From: an uncultured bacterium
GTDB lineage: Bacteria; Bacillota_I; Bacilli_A; RF39; UBA660
Direction: 5' to 3'
Length of the DNA stretch: 64,000 nt
NCBI GenBank assembly: GCA_948433885.1
Contig: CAOJEC010000001.1
Coordinates: 942 to 64,941, forward strand
Shown here: positions 1-9,877 of the stretch, one piece after another
Numbering within the stretch: the first letter of the stretch is position 1
How the letters are laid out: each line of letters starts with the position of its first letter
Made by a program: the position numbers and the translations under genes
Notes under the pieces: generated by a model
Told to the model about the DNA's origin: nothing
What the model saw: the letters and a program-made list of their open reading frames with translations, nothing else
Databases searched by the model: none

Positions 1-489
1 AAACAATGTAATTTATATTAAAGATGAATTGATATATTCTATAATTTATAGTACAATTTTATTGTAATCATTTACAGTTATTAGTTTGATTAAATATTTA
101 GAACAAAAGTGAACGAATGAGCACAATGTTCCCATTTTGTTCCCATTGGATGAAATATTTATAGTAATTATAATACTATAAATACCATAAATATCTAATA
201 CTTCGGAACCACTTTTTCCCTGAAATACCAATAATTTCAGTAATACCATAAATACTATAAATACTAGATTTGGTAGAACATGTGGTTCGGGCAAAAAGTA
301 CAAAAATTGCTGCGGAAAGTGAGATAAATAAAGGGTCTGCTAGACTCAAGCAAAGATAAAAAATGTTAACAAATAGAGATTTGTTTGCAAATAATTAAAA
401 AATATGGCTTAATGCCTTAAAAATAAAGGGTGTAAACAAAAAAAATATGTGAACATCCTTTTAAAATTCAAAAAAAGTGAGGTGACATA

Positions 490-918
490 ATGAAAAAAGA
501 TATAGTAACTACAGAGATAATTGTAAAAGAAAATAAAGTAGGAATTTTAAGAGTAGGCAATGTAAATTATATTTCATTAACTGATTTAGCTAGACAGGCA
601 AATTCTGACGATCCATCTGGCGTAATTAGAAATTGGATGTCAAATAAAAATTCATTTGATTATTATAGTTTATGGGAAGAAATTGATAATGAAGATTTTA
701 ATTCCGTGGAATCCCACAGAATTAAAATTGATGAAGCTCCTTATAATCGCTTTACTATGACACCTAATCGTTGGAAAAAGGATTTTAACGCTATTGGAAT
801 TATTCCAAGCAGTGGGAAATATAGTAAGGGAACATTTGCTCATCCAGATATTGCATTTGAATTTGCTAATAAACAAGCCTTTATTAATAAGGGCTTTTAT
901 AGTGCCATAAAGTCTTAA
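490..918 (+). CDS. KilA-N domain DNA-binding protein (phage-associated)
   Basis: 142 aa. The N-terminal pattern ISLTDLARQ ... VIRNWMSNKNSFDYYSLWEEIDNEDFN matches the KilA-N/Bro-N fold seen in phage antirepressor-like proteins. Good RBS (agtgaggtga) before the ATG. Confidence 0.6.
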   Translation: MKKDIVTTEIIVKENKVGILRVGNVNYISLTDLARQANSDDPSGVIRNWMSNKNSFDYYSLWEEIDNEDFNSVESHRIKIDEAPYNRFTMTPNRWKKDFNAIGIIPSSGKYSKGTFAHPDIAFEFANKQAFINKGFYSAIKS

Positions 919-1022
919 AAATTATTAGTTAGATATTTAACTTAAAGGTTGAGCAAATGTTAGTATTATTATAGTTGACTAAACCTACCGATAACGGTAT
1001 AATGTTATATAGGTGAAGAGTT

Positions 1023-1949
1023 ATGGGATTTATGACTACTAAAGAAGCTGTACAAAAATGGAATATTAGTGAAAGAAGAATAAGGCAATTATTACAAGAT
1101 GGTAGAATTGAAGGAGCTGTTAAAAACGGCAATAGTTGGAACATTCCAGTCGATGCTGTAAAGCCAGTAGACAAAAGAGTTATTAAAGCTGAAACTATAA
1201 ATTTTATTATTGATTTGGATGAAAGCTATTTTGATGAAGTAGATAAGTTAAAAAAGAAACTTGATAGTAAAAGACCAATTCCAAAGGAAACTTTAAGGTC
1301 ACTAGAAGAATCTATTAATCTTGAATGGACATATAACAGCAACGGTATTGAGGGAAATACTTTAACTCTTAGAGAAACACAGGTAGTGTTGGAAGGAATT
1401 ACAGTTGGAGGAAAATCAATAAAAGAGCATTTGGAAGCTATAAATCATGAAAAGGCAATTTTATATTTAAATGAGCTGGTAAAAGAAGATAACCCGATTA
1501 CTGAGTGGAATATCAAAGGTATTCATCAATTAGTTTTAAAAGATATTGATGATGAAAATGCAGGCAGATATAGAAGAGAAAATGTTACTATAAAGGGTGC
1601 TACTCATACTCCACCTGATTACTTGAAAGTTCCAGAATTAATGGAAAAATTAGTTTTAAATTACGAAAATTGGAATGATTTTCATCCAATTATTCAGGCA
1701 ACTTTGATACATGGAGAATTAGTTAAAATCCATCCATTTGTAGATGGTAATGGTAGAACTTCAAGGTTACTTATGAATTTAGATTTAATGAATCATGGGT
1801 TTAATCCAGTAATAATAAAAAAGGAAGATAGATTAGAATATTATGAGACGTTAGATAAAGCTCATACAAATAGTGATTATACAGATTTTATTAAATTAAT
1901 AACAAAGCTAGAAATAGAAATATTAAAAAAATATTTAGAATTATTGTAG
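1023..1949 (+). CDS. Fic/DOC family protein with N-terminal HTH
   Basis: 308 aa. Canonical Fic motif HPFVDGNGRTSR is present. The N-terminus (EAVQKWNISERRIRQLL) looks like an HTH. RBS aggtgaag. Confidence 0.85.
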   Translation: MGFMTTKEAVQKWNISERRIRQLLQDGRIEGAVKNGNSWNIPVDAVKPVDKRVIKAETINFIIDLDESYFDEVDKLKKKLDSKRPIPKETLRSLEESINLEWTYNSNGIEGNTLTLRETQVVLEGITVGGKSIKEHLEAINHEKAILYLNELVKEDNPITEWNIKGIHQLVLKDIDDENAGRYRRENVTIKGATHTPPDYLKVPELMEKLVLNYENWNDFHPIIQATLIHGELVKIHPFVDGNGRTSRLLMNLDLMNHGFNPVIIKKEDRLEYYETLDKAHTNSDYTDFIKLITKLEIEILKKYLELL

Positions 1950-2321
1950 GTATTAAAGTAAGGACAGTAATTATAAATATATTGATTGGCGAAAATCAAA
2001 AAATATGAAGTTCTAAATGTAGAAAAATATTTTTTAGACTTAGAAAATATTGAACACATATTTATAGTTACTAATTGATTAAAACAGATGAGTGTTAGCA
2101 AATAATGTTAATGCTCTTTTGTTTTATATAGAACAAATCGAATATTTTAAACAGCAATATAGAGAAAAGTATAAAAAGAGACTTAAGAAACAGTTTTTCT
2201 ACTATCAGTTTAATAAATGGTTGTAAAATAAAAGAGTAGTGTCATTGTTAAATATTATAAAAAATAGTATAATATGACTAGTTTATTACTTAATGGATAA
2301 ATATTGAAGGAGGTGTAAATA

Positions 2322-3337
2322 ATGAATGATAGACTAATTGGAAATGAAAAAAATATTTTATTTTATAATGATGAAGATGGGAATACTAAAGTAGAAGTAT
2401 TACTTGAAAACGAAGATGTTTGGTTAAATACTGAAGCTTTATCTACACTTTTTAATATTGATAGAAGTGGCATTGTTAGGCATATCAATAATATTTATAA
2501 AGATGAAGAATTAAATGAAAGTAGCACATGTGCAAAAATTGCACATATGGGTAATGACGGAAAACAAACTTATAATACAAAATATTATAATCTTGATATG
2601 ATTATTTCTATTGGATTTAGAGTTAATTCCAAAAAAGCAATTAAATTTAGAACTTGGGCAAATAAGATAATTAAAGATTATATGGTACAAGGATTTGCTT
2701 TAAATGATGAAAGATTTATGAAAGCAAGAAAGTCTGATCAAGAATATTTTAAAAGATTGCTTGAAAGAATTAAATTAATTCGTACAAGTGAAAGAATGTT
2801 TTATCAAAAAATTACTGATATATTTGCTGAATGTTCAATTGATTATGATAAAGATAGTGATATGGCAATAACGTTTTATAAAACGATTCAAAATAAATTC
2901 CACTTTGCTATCACTGGTCATACTGCTGCTGAAATTGTTTATAATAGAGTTGATGCAAAAAAAATAATATGTGACTTACTACGTGGGAGAATTCTCCTGA
3001 TGGCAAGATACTAAAATCGGATGTAATAATTGCTAAAAATTATTTAGATGAAAAAGAAATTAAGAACTTGAATAATTTAGTCAACTTATTTTTAGATATT
3101 GCCGAAAATAATGCTGAAAGAAATATTGCGATGTATATGAATGACTGGAAGAACGAAGTGGAAAATGCATTAAGAGTATTGCATTATGATGTTTTCGAAG
3201 GAAAAGATAAAATTTCACACAAACAAGCCAAAGAGAAAGCAGAAAGAGAATATGAAAAGTTTAAAGTCATTCAAGATAATAATTATGTATCTGATTTTGA
3301 TAGATTGATAAGTGAAACAAAGCAAATAGAAAATTAA
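2322..3337 (+). pseudogene. RhuM-family virulence-like protein, interrupted by a frameshift near 3000-3015
   Basis: ORF 2322-3014 (230 aa) and ORF 3068-3337 (89 aa) are consecutive parts of a RhuM-like protein. Reading through 2990-3060 in the other frame gives ...SPDGKILKSDVIIAKNYLDEKEIKNLNNLVNLF, which joins the two parts. This implies a +/-1 frameshift, or a sequencing error. Confidence 0.6.
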
Positions 3338-3521
3338 TTAATTGAAGCTATTAAATAAATAATGGATATTATTGTTCTAAAGAGTTACAGGAAGAATTGA
3401 AGGATAACTGTATTGATTATGAAAATATATCCAAAACTGAAAAAAATATAAACGGTTATTTTGAAAGTAAAAAAGTATTTGTGAATAATTACAAATTACT
3501 GTTCAAAGGTAAGATAAGATT

Positions 3522-3707
3522 ATGGAAAAATTAAGTATGAAATCTAAAATTTATTTGTCATTGCAAATTATATTTATGATATTAACTTTTGTAGGCGGGA
3601 TATTATTGTTTATTGGAAAAATAGATAATGCGGGTATGTCAGTTTGCTGTATGACAATGTCTTTAGCGTTTGGAAGTTTATACAATTCTTCGAAGAACAA
3701 AAAGTAA
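3522..3707 (+). CDS. small hydrophobic protein (hypothetical)
   Basis: 61 aa with one predicted TM segment (IIFMILTFVGGILLFIG). No recognisable family. Confidence 0.25.
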   Translation: MEKLSMKSKIYLSLQIIFMILTFVGGILLFIGKIDNAGMSVCCMTMSLAFGSLYNSSKNKK

Positions 3708-3906
3708 ATTTAGGAGTGCGATAAGTATCAACGGAAGACCTAAGCTAATAATAATTTGATGTTAATGCATTTAGAGAATAGTATTATTTGAAAGGGGTTC
3801 TAATCGATTATATGAAAAGATTGATTTAGGTTGTTTTCTAAAATAAGATTTAATGGTATACTGAGTTTATATAAAAAGATAATTTAGAAGAAAGAAGAAA
3901 AAGAAT

Positions 3907-4443
3907 ATGAAGAAAAAAGTATTCATCTGGGTTGGTGTATTTTTGATCGTCCTCATCGTCGCAGGAATCATAACAAATTATGTAGATAGCGGTAGAGTGA
4001 CAACTGGGCACGAGCCAAAGTATTGTATTAAAATAGTCAGTAACGATGGTAGTAAGGTTACATATTGGGGCTTGGGCTATAAAGTCATTAGATATGTTGG
4101 AATATCTCCAAATGAACCCTATGAAAATAGTATCGGTGTCAAGATGGGAAGTTGGTTTATGAAATATGAACTAGCAAACAAACAAAGAATTGTAATTGAA
4201 CATGAAGGCAAAAAAATAGACGTAAGCAACCCTAGGGATATCAATAAAATTTACAATATATTAGTTAACTCAAAATATGACTCCGAAGAATGTGATGGAA
4301 TAATTACTCACAAAATAAAAATGGATAATGAAATATATTATTTAAAAGAAGATTGTAGTGTTGTTCAACGGGATGATAAGCAGTCAAAATTTTCAAAAGA
4401 AGACTTGGATACAATATTACAAATAGTAGAAGACAATAAGTAA
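3907..4443 (+). CDS. hypothetical membrane-anchored protein
   Basis: 178 aa. N-terminal signal/anchor (VFIWVGVFLIVLIVAGII). No recognised domain. Confidence 0.4.
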   Translation: MKKKVFIWVGVFLIVLIVAGIITNYVDSGRVTTGHEPKYCIKIVSNDGSKVTYWGLGYKVIRYVGISPNEPYENSIGVKMGSWFMKYELANKQRIVIEHEGKKIDVSNPRDINKIYNILVNSKYDSEECDGIITHKIKMDNEIYYLKEDCSVVQRDDKQSKFSKEDLDTILQIVEDNK

Positions 4444-4554
4444 ATCGATGTGGATAATAGATTTACTTTTTTTTGTAGTTTAAGCAATCGCACTGATTGA
4501 ATACAGTAAGAAAAAGTATTATAATATGATTAGATTTAGGATGTGAAAGTATAA

Positions 4555-5151
4555 ATGAGTGATACGTTAAAATTCTTATTTAGATCGAACGATCTACAAA
4601 AGACTAATAGATATGGAAATAATCCGCCGTTCATAGAAAGCACAGCTGAACATACTTTTAAATTGGTATTGATGGTCGATTATTTTTATAAAGAATTTGA
4701 GTTAGACTTGGATTATCAAAAGTGTATCCATCTAGCTCTTTATCACGATTTTGGTGAAATGGACTTGGCAAAAGATGTCGATATCAAAGAGAAAAGTGAT
4801 CAAAAGATTCATGAATCTAAAGACGCATACGAAAAAGATAAAATAGATGAAATGGCAAATCTTTATTATGCACCTATCCGCGAGTATTACTACGAATATA
4901 AGGAAAAGAAAACTGAAGAATCTTTGTTCGTGCAAGCGATAGATAAATTGGATGCCGTAGTTCATCCTTTGACTGTCGGAGAAGAAATCATGAATCACGA
5001 ATTGTTTGCGACATATGCAGATAAAGCGATAAAAGGATTTCCGTTGTTCATGCCTATATATAAAGAACTAAAAGGTATAATGCGTGAAAGATATGAAAAA
5101 TGGGGATTTACTTGGGAAAAAGAATACGATGCCGTATTCGAAGAAGAGTAG
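4555..5151 (+). CDS. HD-domain hydrolase (YfbR-like 5'-deoxynucleotidase family)
   Basis: 198 aa. Has an H...HD...D metal-binding pattern (AEHTFKLVLM ... ALYHDFGEMDLAKDV ... AIDKLD). Confidence 0.55.
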   Translation: MSDTLKFLFRSNDLQKTNRYGNNPPFIESTAEHTFKLVLMVDYFYKEFELDLDYQKCIHLALYHDFGEMDLAKDVDIKEKSDQKIHESKDAYEKDKIDEMANLYYAPIREYYYEYKEKKTEESLFVQAIDKLDAVVHPLTVGEEIMNHELFATYADKAIKGFPLFMPIYKELKGIMRERYEKWGFTWEKEYDAVFEEE

Positions 5152-5272
5152 TTGAAACTGTGCTTTTTTAAATTGATATGAGGCGAGTTTACAATAAATG
5201 AAAAAAACTGTGGCATCTCTGTTCAAAAATGTGTTATGATACTTTAGGTTGAAGATTGAACGGAGTGATATT

Positions 5273-5812
5273 ATGGGAATTTCACCTATTTATATATTTT
5301 CACAAATTTGTGTCATAGTGTATTACATTTTAGTAATTGCCACATATCAGATAAAAAGTCGTAAGAAGATATTGATTATGAACATGGTCGGATTGATCGT
5401 CATGGGAACATCGTATTTTTGCTTGTCTGCGTATTCAGGAGTGTCGATGGTCATTTTGGGAATCGTTCGAAACACGATGTTTTATATCGATGAAGTAAAA
5501 GGAAAGAACAGCGAAAAAATTACGAAGCATAACGTTGTCGAACTTACAATCTTGATTGTATTGGCGGCTATATTCTCCATATTTACTTACGAAGGTCTTC
5601 TGAGTTTGATGTCGGTTGCGGCGACGATGATCTACACAATTTCGATTTGGCAAAAGAATACGAAAGTTTATAGATTGTTGGGAATTCCTATTGGTGTCGC
5701 AGGCATGTTGTACAGCGTCTATATCAAATCTATATTAGGAATAGTATTCGAAGGATTTTCTTTCATATCAGCTGTGATCGGTTCGTTTAGAGAAATATTA
5801 AAAAGGAAGTAA
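5273..5812 (+). CDS. polytopic inner-membrane protein (YgjV-like)
   Basis: 5-6 predicted TM helices. ATG at 5273 with RBS ggagtg is preferred over the TTG at 5249 in the ORF track. Confidence 0.4.
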   Translation: MGISPIYIFSQICVIVYYILVIATYQIKSRKKILIMNMVGLIVMGTSYFCLSAYSGVSMVILGIVRNTMFYIDEVKGKNSEKITKHNVVELTILIVLAAIFSIFTYEGLLSLMSVAATMIYTISIWQKNTKVYRLLGIPIGVAGMLYSVYIKSILGIVFEGFSFISAVIGSFREILKRK

Positions 5813-5820
5813 GGTGTGAC

Positions 5821-7023
5821 ATGAAGAAGTTGTTACAAATTGGATTAGATACTTTGCTCGTCTCGATATTACCTATTTTGATGTGGATTACATTAGGATT
5901 TATATTGACTAGAGATATAGCAAATGTCTTTTCGCTTACTTATCCATTGCAGTTCTTTTATGCTCTTTTCGAAGCATTATTTGGAAAAGGAGCAAATATC
6001 GCGGCAAAAAAAATGAATGATGAGAGAATAGTAGATTCCAATATAGTACTAGGTATTATACTAGTAGGAATTTTAACTTTACTAGTTGTGTTTAATGTCG
6101 ATTCATATATCTTCTTGATGAGCATGGATCGAGTAATTTATCACGAGTACTGTATTTATGCAATAACTTGGATGTATTTCAGTTTTATTATGGCAATTGT
6201 AACTCAAAAATTGTATTTCAAAAATGAAAATGTCAAAGCAAATAAAATAAACATTCTTTTCAATGTTGCGAATTTTATTTCGATAATTTGCTTATCTATA
6301 GTAGCGAAAAATAACGTAGCCATTTTTATAACATTGGCAATCGATTTATGTATAATGTTGATCGTTTTGATCAAAAATATCGAGATCACCAAACTCGTAT
6401 TCAAGGCGGGAAAAAGTATAAAGTATTCTTCTTTCAGTTTATTTAGAAATGTGACGATGTTCATTACTTATCTAATCGGATTTAAAACAAGTTTTTCGTT
6501 TGGAACGGCTTACTTGGCAACAATCAATGTCGAAAGTTTGACGACCGACACACAATGGGATATTTTATATTCGGTAGATACTGTGTCGAAGATCGATATG
6601 GCAAATAATAAATTCGATTATAAAGAATCTTTAAGAAACGCTTATAAGTTGACTTTTATGTTGATTTCAAGTTCTATAGTGATGAACTTAGTGTTGTTTT
6701 GGTACTTTAAACCAAAATTGTCGGTATTGATTGTACTCTTATTGATTCAATACGTCGATATGTTATTAGAACCTATTAAGGTGATGCGGATAAATTACCT
6801 ACAGTTGAAAGATGATAATCGACAAGATAATTTTGTTTATGCATTGCTGAGAATGATTCGTGTCGTATGTGCGTTCATACCGAGCGTATTTTGTACTTAT
6901 ATAGGTCAATTTATTTCTATGATTTGTCTATTGTCTTATGCACTTTATCAGTGTAGAAATGTACCAATTTTCAATTTGAGAAATATAGATAATTGTCGAT
7001 CTTCAATACTTAAAAAAGGATGA
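5821..7023 (+). CDS. polytopic membrane protein (possible flippase/exporter-like), unknown function
   Basis: 400 aa, about 10-12 hydrophobic segments. RBS aaggaag/ggtg before the ATG. Confidence 0.45.
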   Translation: MKKLLQIGLDTLLVSILPILMWITLGFILTRDIANVFSLTYPLQFFYALFEALFGKGANIAAKKMNDERIVDSNIVLGIILVGILTLLVVFNVDSYIFLMSMDRVIYHEYCIYAITWMYFSFIMAIVTQKLYFKNENVKANKINILFNVANFISIICLSIVAKNNVAIFITLAIDLCIMLIVLIKNIEITKLVFKAGKSIKYSSFSLFRNVTMFITYLIGFKTSFSFGTAYLATINVESLTTDTQWDILYSVDTVSKIDMANNKFDYKESLRNAYKLTFMLISSSIVMNLVLFWYFKPKLSVLIVLLLIQYVDMLLEPIKVMRINYLQLKDDNRQDNFVYALLRMIRVVCAFIPSVFCTYIGQFISMICLLSYALYQCRNVPIFNLRNIDNCRSSILKKG

Positions 7024-7034
7024 TATCATCGGAG

Positions 7035-8558
7035 TCATTCTTTTTCTATGAAGCTATCATAATCACGCATCAATTCTGCGATAAATGGAGATTTGTTTTT
7101 TCTCGGTGATAAAATGTATACTCGATTCTTTGTTCTCGTCAAGGCAACATAAAATAATCGTCGTTCTTCATCAAAAGGATATTTGGATGCATGAGGTGAA
7201 ACGAATCTTAAAATTTGATCATCTTTCATTTGATTTGGAAAACCTAATGTATCGTCGACCATATTGATGAGGATGACATTGTCACTTTCGAGACCTTTAG
7301 ATTTATGAACTGTCATATATCTTATAGAAATGTTTGGATATTCGTAAGATAAAATTAAGTCTCCCGAAAGTTTGAATTTTTTGTCATCGAGATAATAGTT
7401 TATGTCGCGATTGTTTCTTCCTATTATCAATATGTCTCCCGCTTGTCTATCGTATGCTCGATATATGCATTCAGTAAGAGCGGATTTTGCATAATCGTAT
7501 TTTTTAATTACGATCGGTTTAGGTAGATCTTTATCAGAATGTAATCTCTTTTTCAATTGAGATTTATTTTTCATGACGAAGTTTCCCGCGACGGAGATCA
7601 ATTGTTTACTGTTTCTATATGTATTTTGAATTTTTAAAATTTTTCCGTCGCGAAAAATCTTTTTGAAATCTAAAAATAACGATAGATCGCAGCCTGTGAA
7701 ACGGTAGATAGATTGAAAATCATCGCCAACCGCAATAAGTGATGCACCCGTTTTATCGAGGATACTTTTCACTAAATCGAATCGTACTAGTGAAGTATCT
7801 TGGTATTCGTCTATTATGACATATTTTATTTTGTGGAAAACTCCATACTTATCCACATGTCTTTTTGCTTTGATGAGCATATCATCAAAATCGATTTCTT
7901 CATTTTCTTCGAGGTAATCTGCATACTTTAAATAGATGGTAACCGCTAAAGTTAGTAAAAACTTTTCTCTTCGATAGTTCTTCAAACTGAAAGTCAAAAG
8001 GGCTTCCTTTTTGAACTTGATAAAATCTTCTAGAGCAAAATTATTTGCCTTGAATAGATGAATGAAGGTAGAAAGTAGCTTTTCTAAAGAAGAAATTTCT
8101 TTTTCATTTTCTTCGATATATTTCAAGTAATCAGTCTTGTTTTTTAATTTAAAATATTGTAGAAAAGGCTTCAAAGTTTCATGTTTTTTAGGTGCGTCTA
8201 TCCTTATATAATGTCTAATCAAGTCATCGAGCAGATTGGAATCCGCTATGTCATAATGAATTTTTCCTCTCAGTATAGACAATGCTAATTTGTGAAAGGT
8301 AAAAACATCTACGTCGAGTGATAAGTCTTCTTTTATCTTTCTTTTTAAATCTTCCGAGGCTTTAGCTGTGAAAGAGATGCATACTATCTCTTTCGGATCG
8401 ATGTCTTTCTTTTTTATCAAATATTTCAACTTTCCCAGTATAGTCAAGGTCTTGCCGGAACCTGCTCCAGCGACCACTAAAAGGTGCTTCGATGAATCGA
8501 GCACAATTTTAGTTTGTTCTTTATCTAAATAATATTTTCCAACCTTTATGTTCATCAT
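7035..8558 (-). CDS. UvrD/REP-type ATP-dependent DNA helicase (short form)
   Basis: 507 aa. Walker A (VVAGAGSGKT), DEYQDTS (helicase motif II) and VHKSKGLESDNV / YVALTRTKNRV (motifs V/VI) are all present. Confidence 0.75.
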   Translation of the reverse strand: MMNIKVGKYYLDKEQTKIVLDSSKHLLVVAGAGSGKTLTILGKLKYLIKKKDIDPKEIVCISFTAKASEDLKRKIKEDLSLDVDVFTFHKLALSILRGKIHYDIADSNLLDDLIRHYIRIDAPKKHETLKPFLQYFKLKNKTDYLKYIEENEKEISSLEKLLSTFIHLFKANNFALEDFIKFKKEALLTFSLKNYRREKFLLTLAVTIYLKYADYLEENEEIDFDDMLIKAKRHVDKYGVFHKIKYVIIDEYQDTSLVRFDLVKSILDKTGASLIAVGDDFQSIYRFTGCDLSLFLDFKKIFRDGKILKIQNTYRNSKQLISVAGNFVMKNKSQLKKRLHSDKDLPKPIVIKKYDYAKSALTECIYRAYDRQAGDILIIGRNNRDINYYLDDKKFKLSGDLILSYEYPNISIRYMTVHKSKGLESDNVILINMVDDTLGFPNQMKDDQILRFVSPHASKYPFDEERRLFYVALTRTKNRVYILSPRKNKSPFIAELMRDYDSFIEKE

Positions 8559-8657
8559 ATATCACATATTCATTATAATAGTTAATCGACTTTTTTTCAA
8601 ACTTGTACGATCAAAAAAAAAGACCTTACGGTCAATTGTATTTTTCGCTGAGTTTTT

Positions 8658-9197
8658 TTACAATTTAAAATCTAGTATATCTTTGTCATTCATATTTTTA
8701 TTATCGAAATACGATCTTTCTTCGATATGGCAAATACTTGCAATTATGTTCGATGGAAATCTTTTGATGAGCATGTTTAAAGAGGTTGTATATTTGTTAT
8801 AATAAGCTTTTGCGGCATCGCTTTTCTCTTCGATGATCTTTATTTCTATCATCAAATTTCTAAAATTTTCATTATCCAACTTGTCTGGGTAATCGGCTCC
8901 GATCATTTTGAAAATCTCTTTTATCTTCGATAGCTTTCGATCGACATCGAAGTTGCTCATTTTATCAGTTTCGAATCCTTCGAAGTTTCTTTGATTGAGG
9001 TCCGTATTAGAATTTATTAAAGTTTCCATACTGACTAGCAGGTCATATCTTTTTCGAAGTGTTTCGTCGATTTCACTTTCGGCTTCTTTTATTCTGATCG
9101 TATATTTTTGTAATCTATTGTAGATAGCAATGTAAGCTATTCCTAGTAAACCTCCTACTGCTATCAAAGTGAATATTATGATTGTCAATTTTTCCAT
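8658..9197 (-). CDS. LemA family protein
   Basis: N-terminal TM followed by ...NRLQKYTIRIKEAESEIDETLRKRYDLL... and a coiled-coil region typical of LemA. Start set at the ATG (MEKLTII) preceded by aggatg. The ORF-track GTG at 9206 is the alternative. Confidence 0.7.
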   Translation of the reverse strand: MEKLTIIIFTLIAVGGLLGIAYIAIYNRLQKYTIRIKEAESEIDETLRKRYDLLVSMETLINSNTDLNQRNFEGFETDKMSNFDVDRKLSKIKEIFKMIGADYPDKLDNENFRNLMIEIKIIEEKSDAAKAYYNKYTTSLNMLIKRFPSNIIASICHIEERSYFDNKNMNDKDILDFKL

Positions 9198-9299
9198 GTG
9201 TTTCACATCCTGATATAATTATAGCAAATAATCAAAATGTTTAAAATATGTTTTATGAAAAAAGTGCGTGTTTATGATAATATAGTGTAGGTGATCGAA

Positions 9300-9833
9300 A
9301 TGAAGGTAGAAATTGTAAAAGTAGGATATTTGGAAACTAATTGTTATTTGTTGGAAAAGAATGGCAAAGTATTGGTTATAGACCCAGGTGATGAATTTTA
9401 TAAAATTAAAGATGCCATAGGTGAAAAGAAAGTCATTGGAGTCGTCATAACACATTATCATGATGATCACATCGGCGCGTTAAAAGAACTTATCGATGAA
9501 TTCGATGTCAATACTTACGATGTCCATAATTTAATTGAAGGAAAGTGTTCGATCGATGAATTCGAATTTGAATGTATTAATACACCTGGTCATAAGGAAG
9601 ATGCGATCAGTCTATATTTCGAAAAAGAGAAAATGCTATTCTCGGGTGATTTCATCTTTCAGGGTACTATAGGACGGTGGGATTTTCCTGGAGGTTCTAC
9701 TGCCGAGATGAAAAAAAGTTTATTGAAAATTATGAAATATCCAGCCGATTTGACAGTATTTCCAGGCCATGGTGATAAGACAAATTTAGGCGATGAAACA
9801 CTAATTTTTGAAAATTACATAAAATACTTTTAA
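9300..9833 (+). CDS. MBL-fold metallo-hydrolase
   Basis: HYHDDHIG metal-binding motif plus later conserved His and Asp residues. ATG 9300 with RBS aggtga is preferred over the GTG at 9291. Confidence 0.75.
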   Translation: MKVEIVKVGYLETNCYLLEKNGKVLVIDPGDEFYKIKDAIGEKKVIGVVITHYHDDHIGALKELIDEFDVNTYDVHNLIEGKCSIDEFEFECINTPGHKEDAISLYFEKEKMLFSGDFIFQGTIGRWDFPGGSTAEMKKSLLKIMKYPADLTVFPGHGDKTNLGDETLIFENYIKYF

Positions 9834-9877
9834 ATAAAAAAGTTTGTGGTAAAATAGTAAAGAAATCAGGTGATAAT

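Noticed and set aside
46-303. 85-aa minus-strand ORF at the window start
   Set aside because: It has no RBS, low-complexity composition and no family resemblance, in a repeat-containing non-coding leader. It is probably spurious.
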